DNA of 64,000 bases from Treponema denticola (GTDB lineage: Bacteria > Spirochaetota > Spirochaetia > Treponematales > Breznakiellaceae). Positions 32,055 to 44,273 of the stretch are shown piece after piece (position 1 is the stretch's first letter; every line of letters begins with the position of its first letter). Where the stretch lies: positions 46,810 to 110,809 of the forward strand of contig DYPP01000003.1 of assembly GCA_020719845.1 (NCBI GenBank), read 5' to 3'. Under the pieces are notes generated by a model. The model searched no databases and had not been told where the DNA came from. It was given only the letters and a program-made list of their open reading frames with translations. The position numbers and the translations under genes are program-made.

Positions 32055-32474
32055 GTGGACCCCCAGCGCCTCCGCTCTTCCCTGCTCAACGCCGGCCGGC
32101 TCGCTTTTTCCCGTTCCGGCGGGCCGGGAGGGCAAAACGTCAACAAGGTGAACACCAAGGTGGAGCTCCGGGTCGCGGTAAACGATATCGACGGTCTTAC
32201 GGACGCCGAATTCGCCCGCCTGCGGTCCGTTCTGGCCGGGCGCATCACCGGAGAAGACGATATAGTGGTCGTGTCCAGCGAAGAGCGCTCCCAACAAACC
32301 AATCGGGAACGGGCGTATGCCCGGCTGGAAGCGCTGATCATGGCCGCCGCCCGCCTCCCCAAGAACCGCAAAGCGAGCAAACCGACCCGGGCTTCCCGGG
32401 AACGGCGCTTGGCCGGAAAACACCTGCGTGGGCTGCTTAAAACCAGGCGCAGGACGCGGCCTACCGAAGATTGA
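32055..32474 (+). CDS. arfB: alternative ribosome-rescue factor / peptidyl-tRNA hydrolase ArfB
   Basis: 139 aa with a GTG start 1 nt after the metK stop. It has the GGQ motif (SGGPGGQNVNKVNTKVEL) and a basic C-terminal tail. Confidence 0.85.
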   Translation: MDPQRLRSSLLNAGRLAFSRSGGPGGQNVNKVNTKVELRVAVNDIDGLTDAEFARLRSVLAGRITGEDDIVVVSSEERSQQTNRERAYARLEALIMAAARLPKNRKASKPTRASRERRLAGKHLRGLLKTRRRTRPTED

Positions 32475-32501
32475 GGCTATGTGCCGTCCGATTCGTGTCC
32501 C

Positions 32502-33458
32502 CTATAACGCCAACCAGCGCTCCTGCTCAAACAGGCGTCGCACCCCGCGTTCATATTCGGTCTTGGTCTTGGCTTGGGCGATCCCTTTAAACCCTTCCGC
32601 GCCATGGGAAAATGACCGGCTCAGGTAGGACCAGACTTCCTTCATCTTGTCCATCACGTGCGCCGGTCCGGAGAGCAACGCCTGGTAATCGGCGTACAGG
32701 CGGTCGTGAAACGCTTTGATCACAGCCTGCGGCTCGCCGGGCTTTTCAATTCCCTTAATCTGTCCCGGTAAAAAGGGATTGGCGATGGCGCCCCGGCCGA
32801 TCATAACCTGCCCGATCCCGGGCAGGGCGCCCGCTACGCGCCGATACGCCGCCGGATCGGTTATATCCCCGTTGTAGACCACCTCGTGGTCCAGCTGCCG
32901 GGCAGCCCGGTCAAAGGCCGGCACGTCGGCGGAACCCCGGTACATCTGAACCCCCAGCCGGGGGTGAATGATTATCCTGTGCAGCGGATAGGAATTCAGC
33001 AGCGGAATCAGAGCTTCCAGTTCTTCGGCGTCGTTACGGCCCAACCGCAGTTTGATAGACAATTTTATATCTATTTTGGCACAAACTGCGGCCAGGAACT
33101 GGTCGATACGATCCGGAAAGGGCAACAGGCCGGACCCACGGAACTTCTTGGCTACCATGGCAAAGGGACAACCCAGATTCCAGTTGAGCTCTTCATACCC
33201 GAAATCCCGGACGATTCCGGCGGCGGACAGAAACTCTCCGGGCTCGTTGCCCAAAAACTGCGGTATAGGCCGTTTCCGGGAATTATTGATCGGCAAAAGA
33301 TCCTTAAAATGGGTTTCAAGGGCTTTCAGATCCGGCTTGGTGACGATAAACGGCGCCATGAGCTCATCAAAGCCGGAAAAATAGTCAAGGTAAGCGTTTC
33401 GGTAGGTATAATTGGTAATACCGTGCAGCGGGGCCAGAATCAGAAGCGGCTGCGGCAA
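32502..33458 (-). CDS. tRNA-dihydrouridine synthase family protein
   Basis: 318 aa with a Dus-like TIM barrel (LAPLHGITNYTYR, ELNWNLGCP, IHPR). Confidence 0.8.
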   Translation of the reverse strand: MPQPLLILAPLHGITNYTYRNAYLDYFSGFDELMAPFIVTKPDLKALETHFKDLLPINNSRKRPIPQFLGNEPGEFLSAAGIVRDFGYEELNWNLGCPFAMVAKKFRGSGLLPFPDRIDQFLAAVCAKIDIKLSIKLRLGRNDAEELEALIPLLNSYPLHRIIIHPRLGVQMYRGSADVPAFDRAARQLDHEVVYNGDITDPAAYRRVAGALPGIGQVMIGRGAIANPFLPGQIKGIEKPGEPQAVIKAFHDRLYADYQALLSGPAHVMDKMKEVWSYLSRSFSHGAEGFKGIAQAKTKTEYERGVRRLFEQERWLAL

Positions 33459-33463
33459 ACCGA

Positions 33464-34321
33464 CTAACCCTTGAGCAGAGCCGCGACCAACACGATGGCG
33501 GCCAAAACCATTCGATAGTACACAAAGAGGTTCATCGAATGTTTCTTCAAATAGGCCAGCAGGTATTTGATGCAGAAGAAGCCGGCCACGGCGGCGGTCA
33601 AGAACCCGACCGGAAAGAGGGCCAAGTCCGCACCGGCAACCGACCCGTCCTGGACGCCGGCGATCAGGTCGAAGGCGCTCTTAACCCCCGCCCCGGCGAT
33701 GATCGGCGCCGACAGCAGAAATGAAAACCGCGCCGCCGCCTCGCGCTGAAGGCCCAGGGCCAGCCCGGCGGTCATGGTCGCGCCGGACCGGGAAACGCCG
33801 GGAATGATGGCAAAGGCCTGAGCTACCCCGATGAGGAACGCGTCGCGCCCCTTGATGGCGGAAAAACCACGCTGATGCTGGGCTTTTTTATCAAAATAGA
33901 ACAACAAAAGCGCCAGGGTGAACAGGGCCGCGGCCATCAGGATCATGGAACCCTGCGGGATGGGCTGGGAATGAAACAAATCGCTGATGCTGGATTCCAG
34001 CAACAGCCCCGCGACCGCGCCGGGAACGCTGGCCAACAACAGAAACCAGGCCATGCGTCGATCCGGATCTTCCCCAATTTTAAGCTGAAAGACGCCGGCA
34101 AGCCCGGCCCGGATCAACCGTACCCAATCGGAAGCAAAAAAAACGAGCACCGCCAGCAGGGTGCCCAAATGCAAGGCTACGTCAAAGGTCAGGCTGTTCA
34201 GTACCGGATTATCCCACCCAAACAGCCAAGGGATTATGACCAGATGGGCAGAGCTGGAAATGGGAATGAATTCCGCCAGCCCCTGTACGATACCCAATAC
34301 GATGGCTTGAAATAGCAACAC
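33464..34321 (-). CDS. uppP: undecaprenyl-diphosphate phosphatase
   Basis: 285 aa with a GTG start that has AGGAGG 5 nt upstream. BacA signatures: GLAEFIPISSSAHL and PGVSRSGATM. Confidence 0.93.
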   Translation of the reverse strand: MLLFQAIVLGIVQGLAEFIPISSSAHLVIIPWLFGWDNPVLNSLTFDVALHLGTLLAVLVFFASDWVRLIRAGLAGVFQLKIGEDPDRRMAWFLLLASVPGAVAGLLLESSISDLFHSQPIPQGSMILMAAALFTLALLLFYFDKKAQHQRGFSAIKGRDAFLIGVAQAFAIIPGVSRSGATMTAGLALGLQREAAARFSFLLSAPIIAGAGVKSAFDLIAGVQDGSVAGADLALFPVGFLTAAVAGFFCIKYLLAYLKKHSMNLFVYYRMVLAAIVLVAALLKG

Positions 34322-34365
34322 CCGAACCTCCTGGTTTTTCGGAACCCAACTGTTTCACGTGAAAC

Positions 34366-34403
34366 AAAAAAGCCGATCATTGCTGTTGATCTCATGATCG
34401 GCT
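34366..34403 (-). terminator. rho-independent terminator after gyrA
   Basis: On the minus strand the sequence reads AGCCGATCAT-13 nt loop-ATGATCGGCT followed by TTTTT (the plus-strand A run at 34366-34370). Confidence 0.7.
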
Positions 34404-34432
34404 GAAAAATCTGCGTCGGCACGCCGGTTAAT

Positions 34433-36955
34433 TCAGTCCTGGACTTGATCCGGTACGTCATCGGCGGGAGGGTTCAGGCCAACCTCACTTTCGACGTACC
34501 CATCAAGGCTGAGCTCCAGTGCCTGGCCTTCTTCTTGCGCGACCCGGTCTACGCCGATGACAAAATCCGGGCGATCGATGTTGACGATGCGCACGCCCTG
34601 CGCGGCTCGTCCTAGCACGGACACCTCGTCCACGGTGAGTTTGATCGATTTTCCCTGGCTGGTGATGCACATGATGTCGTCGCCGTCCAGGACGTTGACG
34701 CAACCGACGATTTCACCCGTCTTTTCACCCACCGTGTAGATGCGTTGCCCCCCCGTACTCCGGCCGTGGGCGGTAAATTCATCAAAATCGACGCGTTTAC
34801 CGTAGCCGTATTCCGAAAGGATAAGCATCTTTTGATCCGGGCTGACCCGCAGGACCCCGGCCAGCTCATCGTCATCGTCCAGACGCATCCCCGCCACACC
34901 CCGGGAAGCCCGCCCCATGGCCCGGACCTGTTTTTCCGCCGTCCGCAGCGCCTGACCTTTGCGGGAGATAAGCACCACTTCATCCGCGCCGCCGGTGAGC
35001 AGGGCGCTTACCAGGTTGTCGCCCTCGTCCAGATTGAGGGCGATGATGCCTCTGGTTTTGGCGTTGGAAAAATCGCTGGTTTTGACCTTTTTTACGACGC
35101 CCCGGATGGTCGCCATAAACAGGAACTGTTTATCTGAAAATTCCTTGAGCGCCACGACGGTGGTTATGTCTTCGTTCGGGGAAACCGGCAACAGCGATTT
35201 GATGTGCGCGCCCCGGGAGGTACGGGAGCCTTCCGGTATTTCGTGCACCTTCATCCAGTAGGCTTTGCCTTTGCTGGTGATGTACATGATATAGTCGTGG
35301 GTGGAAGCGACAAAGAGCTGCTGGACAAAATCGTCTTCGACCAGCTTGGCGCTGTTCATGCCCTTCCCGCCGCGCCCCTGGCTGCGGTACGCCGAAGCGG
35401 GCACCCGCTTGATATACCCGACGTTGGAAATAAGGATGACCATTTCTTCTTTCTTGATCAGGTCTTCCAGGTTGATGGATTCGATTTCATCAAATACGAT
35501 TTCCGTGCGTCGGGAATCGCCGAATTTTTCGGAAATGACCCGAATTTCGTCCTTTATTACGCCCCGCAGCTTTTTTCCATCCGCCAGCAGGGATTGCAGG
35601 TATTCGATCAGCACTTTGAGTTCCGCCAGTTCCTGCTGCAGCTTTTCGACTTCCAGGCTGGTCAGGCGTCCCAGCCGCATTTCGACAATCGCCTGGGTTT
35701 GGGCTTCGCTCAGCAGAAAGCGGTCCATCAATCCCTTTCTGGCGCTCTCTATGTCCCGGGAACCCTTGATGATGGCCACGACTTCGTCGATGTTGGCCAG
35801 GGCGATGACCAACCCTTCCAGAATGTGCGCCCGTTCCTGGGCCTTGTTCAGGTCGAAGGTGGTGCGCCGGGTAACCACGTCCACCCGATGCCCGACAAAG
35901 TAGCGGATCAGATCCTTCAAGTTGAGGCTTCTCGGTTGTCCCTGCACCAAGGCCAGGTTGATGACGCCGAAGCTGGATTGCAGACTGGTATGCGAAAATA
36001 GCTGATTGAGCACGACCTTGACGATCGCGCCCTTTTTGAGCTCGATGACGATCCGCATGCCGTCGCGATCGGATTCATCGCGTATTTCCGAAATGCTGTC
36101 GATCACCTTGTCCCGGACCAGTTCGGCGATCTTGATGAGCAGATTAGCTTTGTTGACCGCGTAGGGGATCTCGTTAAAAATTATCGTCTCTTTGCCTGTT
36201 TTAGCCGTTTCGATGACGAATTTTCCCCGGACGATAATCTTTCCTCGACCAGTCAGATAGGCATCCTTGATCCCCCGATGCCCAAAAATGATACCCCCCG
36301 TCGGAAAATCCGGCCCTTTTATATAATTCATCAAGCCTTCGACGCTGATGTCCGGATCATCGATGTAGGCGGCCACGGCTTCGCAGACTTCGGTCAGGTT
36401 GTGGGGCGGCATGTTGGTGGCCATACCCACGGCGATGCCGCTGGACCCGTTCACCAGCAGGTTTGGTACCGCCGCAGGCAGCACCGACGGCTCGACCAGG
36501 GATTCATCGTAGTTGGGAATAAAATCGACGGTATCTTTTTTCAGATCCGCCAGCATTTCATCGCCGATTTTGGATAGTTTTGCTTCCGTATAGCGCGATG
36601 CCGCCGGCGGATCGCCGTCCACGGATCCAAAATTCCCCTGGCCGTGCACCAGCGGATAGCGGAGCGAAAAATCCTGGGCCATGCGCGCCAGCGCGTCATA
36701 CAGCGATAGATCGCCGTGGGGATGGTACTTACCCATGGCGTCGCCGGTGATGCGGGCGCATTTCTTGGTCGTCGCGTTGGGCCGCAAGCCCAGGTCGTCC
36801 ATGGCGTACAACAGTCGGCGATGCACCGGCTTGAGTCCGTCCCGCACGTCCGGCAGAGCCCGGCTGACGATAACCGACATAGCATAGTTGAGATACGCGG
36901 TTTTGACCTCATCCTCTATGGCGACGGGAATAATTTTACCGGTAATTTCAGCCAT
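34433..36955 (-). CDS. gyrA: DNA gyrase subunit A
   Basis: 840 aa with [24 protein letters not shown], the QRDR ([12 protein letters not shown]), and C-terminal beta-pinwheel repeats. Confidence 0.98.
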   Translation of the reverse strand: MAEITGKIIPVAIEDEVKTAYLNYAMSVIVSRALPDVRDGLKPVHRRLLYAMDDLGLRPNATTKKCARITGDAMGKYHPHGDLSLYDALARMAQDFSLRYPLVHGQGNFGSVDGDPPAASRYTEAKLSKIGDEMLADLKKDTVDFIPNYDESLVEPSVLPAAVPNLLVNGSSGIAVGMATNMPPHNLTEVCEAVAAYIDDPDISVEGLMNYIKGPDFPTGGIIFGHRGIKDAYLTGRGKIIVRGKFVIETAKTGKETIIFNEIPYAVNKANLLIKIAELVRDKVIDSISEIRDESDRDGMRIVIELKKGAIVKVVLNQLFSHTSLQSSFGVINLALVQGQPRSLNLKDLIRYFVGHRVDVVTRRTTFDLNKAQERAHILEGLVIALANIDEVVAIIKGSRDIESARKGLMDRFLLSEAQTQAIVEMRLGRLTSLEVEKLQQELAELKVLIEYLQSLLADGKKLRGVIKDEIRVISEKFGDSRRTEIVFDEIESINLEDLIKKEEMVILISNVGYIKRVPASAYRSQGRGGKGMNSAKLVEDDFVQQLFVASTHDYIMYITSKGKAYWMKVHEIPEGSRTSRGAHIKSLLPVSPNEDITTVVALKEFSDKQFLFMATIRGVVKKVKTSDFSNAKTRGIIALNLDEGDNLVSALLTGGADEVVLISRKGQALRTAEKQVRAMGRASRGVAGMRLDDDDELAGVLRVSPDQKMLILSEYGYGKRVDFDEFTAHGRSTGGQRIYTVGEKTGEIVGCVNVLDGDDIMCITSQGKSIKLTVDEVSVLGRAAQGVRIVNIDRPDFVIGVDRVAQEEGQALELSLDGYVESEVGLNPPADDVPDQVQD

Positions 36956-36967
36956 GACCGTTCCTTT

Positions 36968-39222
<2,255 letters not shown>

Positions 39223-40611
39223 ATGTGGGATTACGAGATATTCTGGAAAGAAGCGCTCAGCCAGATTCGTGCCGAACTGGAAGAACAAGAATTTACCATG
39301 TGGTTCAATCTGGAATACCAACACTCAACGGAACATGAAATTACCGTCGGGGTTCCTTCCTCGTTCTACCGGGATCAAGTCAAACAACGATACCAGAATC
39401 TGATAGAAGACAAGCTGCACGACCTGTCCGGGAAGCCGTTGACCATCCAGTTGGAAGTCAAACCCAAAAAGGCAGAAAACCGGGACACCGGAGCGACCGA
39501 GTCCGCTTCGGCCCCGAATACCGCCAAAAAGGGTCCCGCCTTGTCCCTCCCTCGTAAAGAAAAACAGCCCCACGGGCAACTCAACGTCATCTATACCTTC
39601 CACAACTACGTTATCGGGGACAATAACAGTTTTGCGTCCAATGCTGCCCTGGCGATCGGTAAAAATCCAGGTACAGCGTACAACCCCTTTCTGATCTACG
39701 GGGGCGTCGGTTTGGGAAAAACCCATCTCATGCAGGCGATCGGCAACTACATCTATTCCCAGTCTGCGGCCAAGATTATCTATATCACCGCCGAAAACTT
39801 TACCAACGAGTTCATCTACGCCATCAAGGAGGGCCCTTCCAAGGCTTCGGCGTTCAAAAACAAGTACCGTTACGTGGACGTGCTGCTAATCGACGATATC
39901 CATTTTTTACAGAAAAAATTCGAAACCCAGGAAGAGCTTTTCCACACCTTCAACGCGCTCTATGACAATAACAAGCAGATGGTTTTCACCTGCGATCGTC
40001 CGGTTTCGGAAATAAAAAACCTCAATGATCGCTTGCGATCCCGGTTTGAACGCGGGCTCAACGTGGATCTGCAGCCCCCGGATTACGAAACCCGCTTTGC
40101 CATCCTGAAAAAGAAGGCCGAAGCACGGGGCATCGCCATTCCCGACCAGGTGATCGAGCTGGTGAGCAAAAACGTAACCACCAACGTTCGCGATCTGGAA
40201 TCCGCGCTGACCAAACTTTTTGGCTATCTGGAATTGGTGGGCAGAGAAATCACCGTACCCATCGCGCAACAGTTGCTCAAAGACGTTTTTGCTTCACCCA
40301 AACAGACCAATGTGTCTCTGGAAATCATCCAGAAAGTGGTTTCCGATTATTTTTCCCTTTCCTACAATGATTTGAAAGGCAAAAAAAGAACCCAAAACAT
40401 CGTTTTTCCCCGGCAGTTGTCCATGTACATCGCCCGGGAAATCACCGAGTATTCTACTACGGAGGTAGGCCTCGAATTTGGCGGAAGGGACCACACCACA
40501 GTCATGCACGCCTGCCAAAAGATTGAAGAACGCATACGCTCTGATCCTACTCTTGATTCTACCATTCAGACGCTGATCAGAATGATAAAGGAATATAGCG
40601 CTAAATCCTGA
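39223..40611 (+). CDS. dnaA: chromosomal replication initiator protein DnaA
   Basis: From ORF 39190..40611. The start is set at ATG 39223 (MWDYEIFWKEALS). Signatures: Walker A GGVGLGKTHL, LLIDDIHFL, and DNA-binding domain GGRDHTTVMHA. Confidence 0.97.
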   Translation: MWDYEIFWKEALSQIRAELEEQEFTMWFNLEYQHSTEHEITVGVPSSFYRDQVKQRYQNLIEDKLHDLSGKPLTIQLEVKPKKAENRDTGATESASAPNTAKKGPALSLPRKEKQPHGQLNVIYTFHNYVIGDNNSFASNAALAIGKNPGTAYNPFLIYGGVGLGKTHLMQAIGNYIYSQSAAKIIYITAENFTNEFIYAIKEGPSKASAFKNKYRYVDVLLIDDIHFLQKKFETQEELFHTFNALYDNNKQMVFTCDRPVSEIKNLNDRLRSRFERGLNVDLQPPDYETRFAILKKKAEARGIAIPDQVIELVSKNVTTNVRDLESALTKLFGYLELVGREITVPIAQQLLKDVFASPKQTNVSLEIIQKVVSDYFSLSYNDLKGKKRTQNIVFPRQLSMYIAREITEYSTTEVGLEFGGRDHTTVMHACQKIEERIRSDPTLDSTIQTLIRMIKEYSAKS

Positions 40612-40812
40612 AATCATGTTAGAATGTTGGGGAAAACCGCCGCTTGGGCGGAAGCCTGGTGGATGTTGTGGATAAAAACCGGGACTTTTCCCGGTAATGT
40701 GAGGAAACTATACCGATAACCGGTATGCAGTTACCTGGTTTATCCACTTATTGGGCCGGCTTATTACTATCACTACTATTATTATATTTAGATACTAAGG
40801 AGATAGAGAGCT
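40612..40812. other. oriC-like region between dnaA and dnaN (DnaA boxes + AT-rich DUE candidate)
   Basis: A perfect box TGTGGATAA lies at 40667-40675 and an opposite-orientation TTATCCACT (8/9) at 40740-40748. An AT-rich run spans 40761-40797 (TTATTACTATCACTACTATTATTATATTT). There are three short GC hairpins between 40637 and 40726. Confidence 0.6.
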
Positions 40813-41916
40813 ATGAAATTTAGCTGCGAACGAAGCGTTTTGGTTAAAGAAATAGCCATCGCTCAAGAAATAATAGCGTCCAAGAACGCCATATCCATCC
40901 TTTCAAACGTGTATCTGGAAGCCGAAAACGACATGTTGACCATCAAGGCAACGGACATCAAGGTCAATTTTGAAACCAGGATTCCCGTCATCGTCCATGA
41001 ACCCGGTGCAACTACCGTGTTTTGCGACAAATTTTTGGGAATATTGTCGGCCATTCCCGATGGCGAATTGGAATTTGATCAGGTCGATACCAAGATAACG
41101 ATCAAACCCAGTTTCAAAAAGATCAAATTCCAGCTGAAAAGCATTGCCTCGGACAAGTTTCCCGAGTTCCCGGTTTCTGCGGATGCAGCATTTTTTGATT
41201 TTTCAATCAAAGAGTTCAAGCAAATGATCACCCAAACCGTGTTTGCGGTTTCCGACGACGAAACCCGCTACTTCATGAACGGAGTATTCTTTGAGAAACA
41301 AGGCGAAGAGTTGGTAATGGTGGCTACCGACGGTCGGAGACTGGCATTTTCGCACAAAACGGTTGGAATGGATATTCCGGACTTCAAAGGCATTATCATC
41401 CCGCCTAAGGTTCTCAACCTGGTTCTTCGCCGTTCTGGAGATGAGGGTAGCGTTTCTTTAGCTGTAACCGATAAAATTATATATATTCGTTTCGGCTCGT
41501 ATCATCTTTCATCGGTACTCATTGAAGGTCAGTTTCCCAATTATCGTCGGGTTATACCGGAAAGCCAGTCCTTCTCATTTGAGGTCAACCGGATTGAAAT
41601 GCTCGAAGCGCTTAAACGCGTTTCGTTGCTGGTGGAACAAAAATCAAGACGCGTTTACCTCGGCATATCTCCGGGCATGATCTCCGTTTCTTCCGAAGAA
41701 AGCGATATCGGCGCCGCCAAGGAAGATATTCCTTGCCGCTATGACGGAGAAGAAGTATCTATCGCCCTGAATTATCGCTACATTGAAGAGCCATTCAAGG
41801 TTATAACCGATGAAATGATCAGCATACATTTTACCGAGGCCAATCGGGCCATTACGGTGCAACCCGTACCGGAAAGGGATTTTTTCCACATTGTGATGCC
41901 CATGCAGCTTGACTAG
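40813..41916 (+). CDS. dnaN: DNA polymerase III beta sliding clamp
   Basis: 367 aa with typical DnaN N-terminus (MKFSCERSVLVKEIAIAQEIIASKNAISILSNVYLEA) and position after dnaA. Confidence 0.95.
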   Translation: MKFSCERSVLVKEIAIAQEIIASKNAISILSNVYLEAENDMLTIKATDIKVNFETRIPVIVHEPGATTVFCDKFLGILSAIPDGELEFDQVDTKITIKPSFKKIKFQLKSIASDKFPEFPVSADAAFFDFSIKEFKQMITQTVFAVSDDETRYFMNGVFFEKQGEELVMVATDGRRLAFSHKTVGMDIPDFKGIIIPPKVLNLVLRRSGDEGSVSLAVTDKIIYIRFGSYHLSSVLIEGQFPNYRRVIPESQSFSFEVNRIEMLEALKRVSLLVEQKSRRVYLGISPGMISVSSEESDIGAAKEDIPCRYDGEEVSIALNYRYIEEPFKVITDEMISIHFTEANRAITVQPVPERDFFHIVMPMQLD

Positions 41917-41919
41917 GGC

Positions 41920-42987
41920 ATGCCCTTTACTTCCTTACGTACCCGGGGATTTCGGAATCTGGTAGATGCCGACGTCGCGGTCAACGGCCGCGACATTTTT
42001 TTGATTGGTGAAAACGGACAAGGCAAGACCAATTTTCTGGAAGCCCTTTATTACTGTTCCTACGCTTCCTCTTTCAGGGGGGTGAAGGATGCCGAACTGA
42101 TAACCAAGGGACAGACCGGCGTCGCGGTTATGGCCTCCATTCGCGATTCCCGGTATGAACGCGTAGCCATAAAAGTAGAAAACAATAAAAAAACGGTAAC
42201 GGTGGACAAAAAGACCGTGGAAGACCGGAAAGAACTGCTTTCCGTGATTCCCTCCGTCGTTTTTTGCCATGAGGATATGGAGTTTGTGGCGGGGCCGCCG
42301 GAGCGGCGGCGTTGGTTTTTTGATCAGAGCCAGAGCCTTTACGACCCCCTGTACCTGGATGACCTGCGTCGCTATAAAAAAATCCTCAAAATCAGGAACG
42401 CGCTCATCAAAGTTAAAGACGTCGCCATGCTGGAGGTGGTTGATCCCCAGATGGCCGCCTATGGGCTGGAACTGGTTGCAAAGCGGCGGCAGGAAGCGCT
42501 TCTGTTTTCGGAAATATTTGAACCCCTATATGAGCGGGTAGCCGGCATTTCAGGTATCCGCGTCCGCTACATGCCGTCCTGGAAAGAAAGCGACCCGGAA
42601 AAGCTGGTAAACCAGTTGAAACTCCGACGCGACGTGGATCTGTCCTTTGGGACCAGCCTTTCCGGACCCCATCGGGACCGGTATTCATTTATCCGCGGCG
42701 ACGGCGATTTCTCCGGGAGAGCGTCTACCGGGCAGCGGCGTCTTTTGGCTTTGCTGCTGCGCATCGCCCAGGCCAACCGTTATTCCCAGGTTTCCGGACA
42801 AAAGCCGGTGCTTCTGCTGGATGACGTCCTGCTCGAACTGGACCCGGAAAAACGGCGCCGGTTTCTGGCGGTGATGCCCGAGTATGAGCAGGCTTTTTTT
42901 ACTTTTTTGCCGGAAGAACCCTACGAGCGATACAGAAAAACGGATACTTTGGTATACTATGTCCGGGAAGGACGCGTGGGGGAATGA
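41920..42987 (+). CDS. recF: DNA replication/repair protein RecF
   Basis: 355 aa with a Walker A (GENGQGKTNFLEA), a signature region (SGPHRDRYSF ... STGQRRLLAL), and a Walker B (VLLLDDVLLELD). Confidence 0.93.
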   Translation: MPFTSLRTRGFRNLVDADVAVNGRDIFLIGENGQGKTNFLEALYYCSYASSFRGVKDAELITKGQTGVAVMASIRDSRYERVAIKVENNKKTVTVDKKTVEDRKELLSVIPSVVFCHEDMEFVAGPPERRRWFFDQSQSLYDPLYLDDLRRYKKILKIRNALIKVKDVAMLEVVDPQMAAYGLELVAKRRQEALLFSEIFEPLYERVAGISGIRVRYMPSWKESDPEKLVNQLKLRRDVDLSFGTSLSGPHRDRYSFIRGDGDFSGRASTGQRRLLALLLRIAQANRYSQVSGQKPVLLLDDVLLELDPEKRRRFLAVMPEYEQAFFTFLPEEPYERYRKTDTLVYYVREGRVGE

Positions 42988-43433
42988 AAAAAGCCGGAGA
43001 ATTATTATCTTCTTTTCTGGACAACCGCGTGCTGGACGGGGCACGTACGTATTCGGATCTTTTTTCCACCTGGGAGTCGATCGCCGGGGAAAACCTGGCT
43101 GCCCACAGTCGTATCGTCGAATTGGATCGGGGGGTGGTGCAGGTTGAAGCGGACCATCCCGGCTGGATTCAGATTTTGCAGACCAGGCAATCGGATCTGC
43201 TGGAGCGGGTCCGTCGCCGTTTCCCGCAGCTGAACATTGCGGGAATTTCTTTCCGGCTGATGCGGGATCGTCGTGATCCGCCGGATGGGGACCAAAAAAC
43301 CATTGCCGATACCGAAGAACGGGCTGAGCCCGGGACCGGGAAAAATGACTATGATTCGATCCAGGACGAGACCTTCAAGGGGCTGCTGAAACGGTTGGAG
43401 CGGAGCATAGCGGACCGGAACAAGAATCATTGA
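42984..43433 (+). CDS. DUF721 / DciA-like protein
   Basis: 149 aa with an ATGA overlap onto recF. The DUF721-like core reads WESIAGENLAAHSRIVELDRGVVQVEADHPGWIQILQ, and the acidic tail looks disordered. The position after recF is typical. Confidence 0.65.
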   Translation: MKKAGELLSSFLDNRVLDGARTYSDLFSTWESIAGENLAAHSRIVELDRGVVQVEADHPGWIQILQTRQSDLLERVRRRFPQLNIAGISFRLMRDRRDPPDGDQKTIADTEERAEPGTGKNDYDSIQDETFKGLLKRLERSIADRNKNH

Positions 43434-43516
43434 CTAAGCCGCCTGGTCCGGGCTATACTGCGGAGCCTTTGTTTTGCCTATAAAGACCTTTATATATAGA
43501 TCAAGGAGATTCTCCC

Positions 43517-43672
43517 ATGAAACGAACGTATCAGCCCAGCAAAGTCAAGCGCAACCGCAAATTCGGCTTTCGCGCCCGCATGAAGACCCGGGGCGGTCGC
43601 CTGGTTCTCAAGCGGCGCCGCGCCAAGGGCCGGATCAAGCTTTCCGCTTCGGATGAAAAGAAGCCGTACTAA
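43517..43672 (+). CDS. rpmH: 50S ribosomal protein L34
   Basis: Not in the ORF track because it is only 51 aa. My translation is [57 protein letters not shown] lies at 43503-43508. It overlaps out of frame with the spurious ORF 43474..43656. Confidence 0.95.
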   Translation: MKRTYQPSKVKRNRKFGFRARMKTRGGRLVLKRRRAKGRIKLSASDEKKPY

Positions 43673-43686
43673 GAAAGGGGGTTGCG

Positions 43687-44037
43687 CTGTCGTTTCGTTT
43701 TCGTGGCTACGAGCATCTTAAGTCCAGGGAAGACATCAGGGCGGTTTTTTCCCGGGGACGGAAGGTGTCTTGTTCCGGCGCTAAACTTTTTTACCTGGAA
43801 AACAACCTGCCGGTTAATCGTGTAGCCTTTACTTTTGCACGGAAATATGGAAACGCGGTTCAAAGAAATGCGTCGCGTCGATACAGTCGGGAAGCCTACC
43901 GTCACGTGCGTCCCCGGCTTGCAACAGGATACGATCTGGTTTTGTTGGTGTACCCCGATGGGGATACCCTTGACTTCCGTACCCATCAGCTGGATACGCT
44001 GATGGCCAGAGCCGGATTGTACACGGATACACCGTGA
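43687..44037 (+). CDS. rnpA: ribonuclease P protein component
   Basis: The track ORF 43765..44037 starts at a GTG, but the conserved RnpA N-terminus ([24 protein letters not shown]) continues upstream in frame with no ATG/GTG/TTG. The proposed start is CTG 43687, after AAAGGGGG. The 3' end is firm and the 5' end is uncertain. Confidence 0.8.
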   Translation: MSFRFRGYEHLKSREDIRAVFSRGRKVSCSGAKLFYLENNLPVNRVAFTFARKYGNAVQRNASRRYSREAYRHVRPRLATGYDLVLLVYPDGDTLDFRTHQLDTLMARAGLYTDTP

Positions 44038-44255
44038 TAATGATCGTAAAAAGGCTGATGCTGACGTTGATCAGATTTTATCAAAAAGCCATATCGCCCC
44101 ATTTCCCGCCGAGTTGTCGGTACACCCCAACGTGCTCTGCCTACGCCTACGAGGCCGTACAGAAGCACGGTCCCGGGCGGGGATTGTGGTTGGCCCTTAA
44201 ACGGATTCTCCGTTGTCATCCCTTTCATCCGGGTGGCTACGATCCTGTACCCTGA
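44034..44255 (+). CDS. yidD: membrane protein insertion efficiency factor YidD
   Basis: 73 aa with [32 protein letters not shown]. The start is either GTG 44034 or ATG 44040. Confidence 0.9.
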   Translation: MIMIVKRLMLTLIRFYQKAISPHFPPSCRYTPTCSAYAYEAVQKHGPGRGLWLALKRILRCHPFHPGGYDPVP

Positions 44256-44273
44256 AGCACTTAGAGGAGCCCC

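Noticed and set aside
40637-40726. Three short GC hairpins after the dnaA stop (CCGCC/GGCGG, ACCGGGA/TCCCGGT, ATACCG/CGGTAT), considered as dnaA terminators.
   Set aside because: None is followed by a U-tract, and they lie among DnaA boxes. I cannot distinguish a terminator, an origin structural element and chance, so I describe them only as part of the oriC-like region.
43474-43656. A 60-aa ORF listed in the track upstream of rnpA.
   Set aside because: It overlaps out of frame with the true 51-aa rpmH gene (43517..43672), which has a near-universal L34 sequence and a good RBS.
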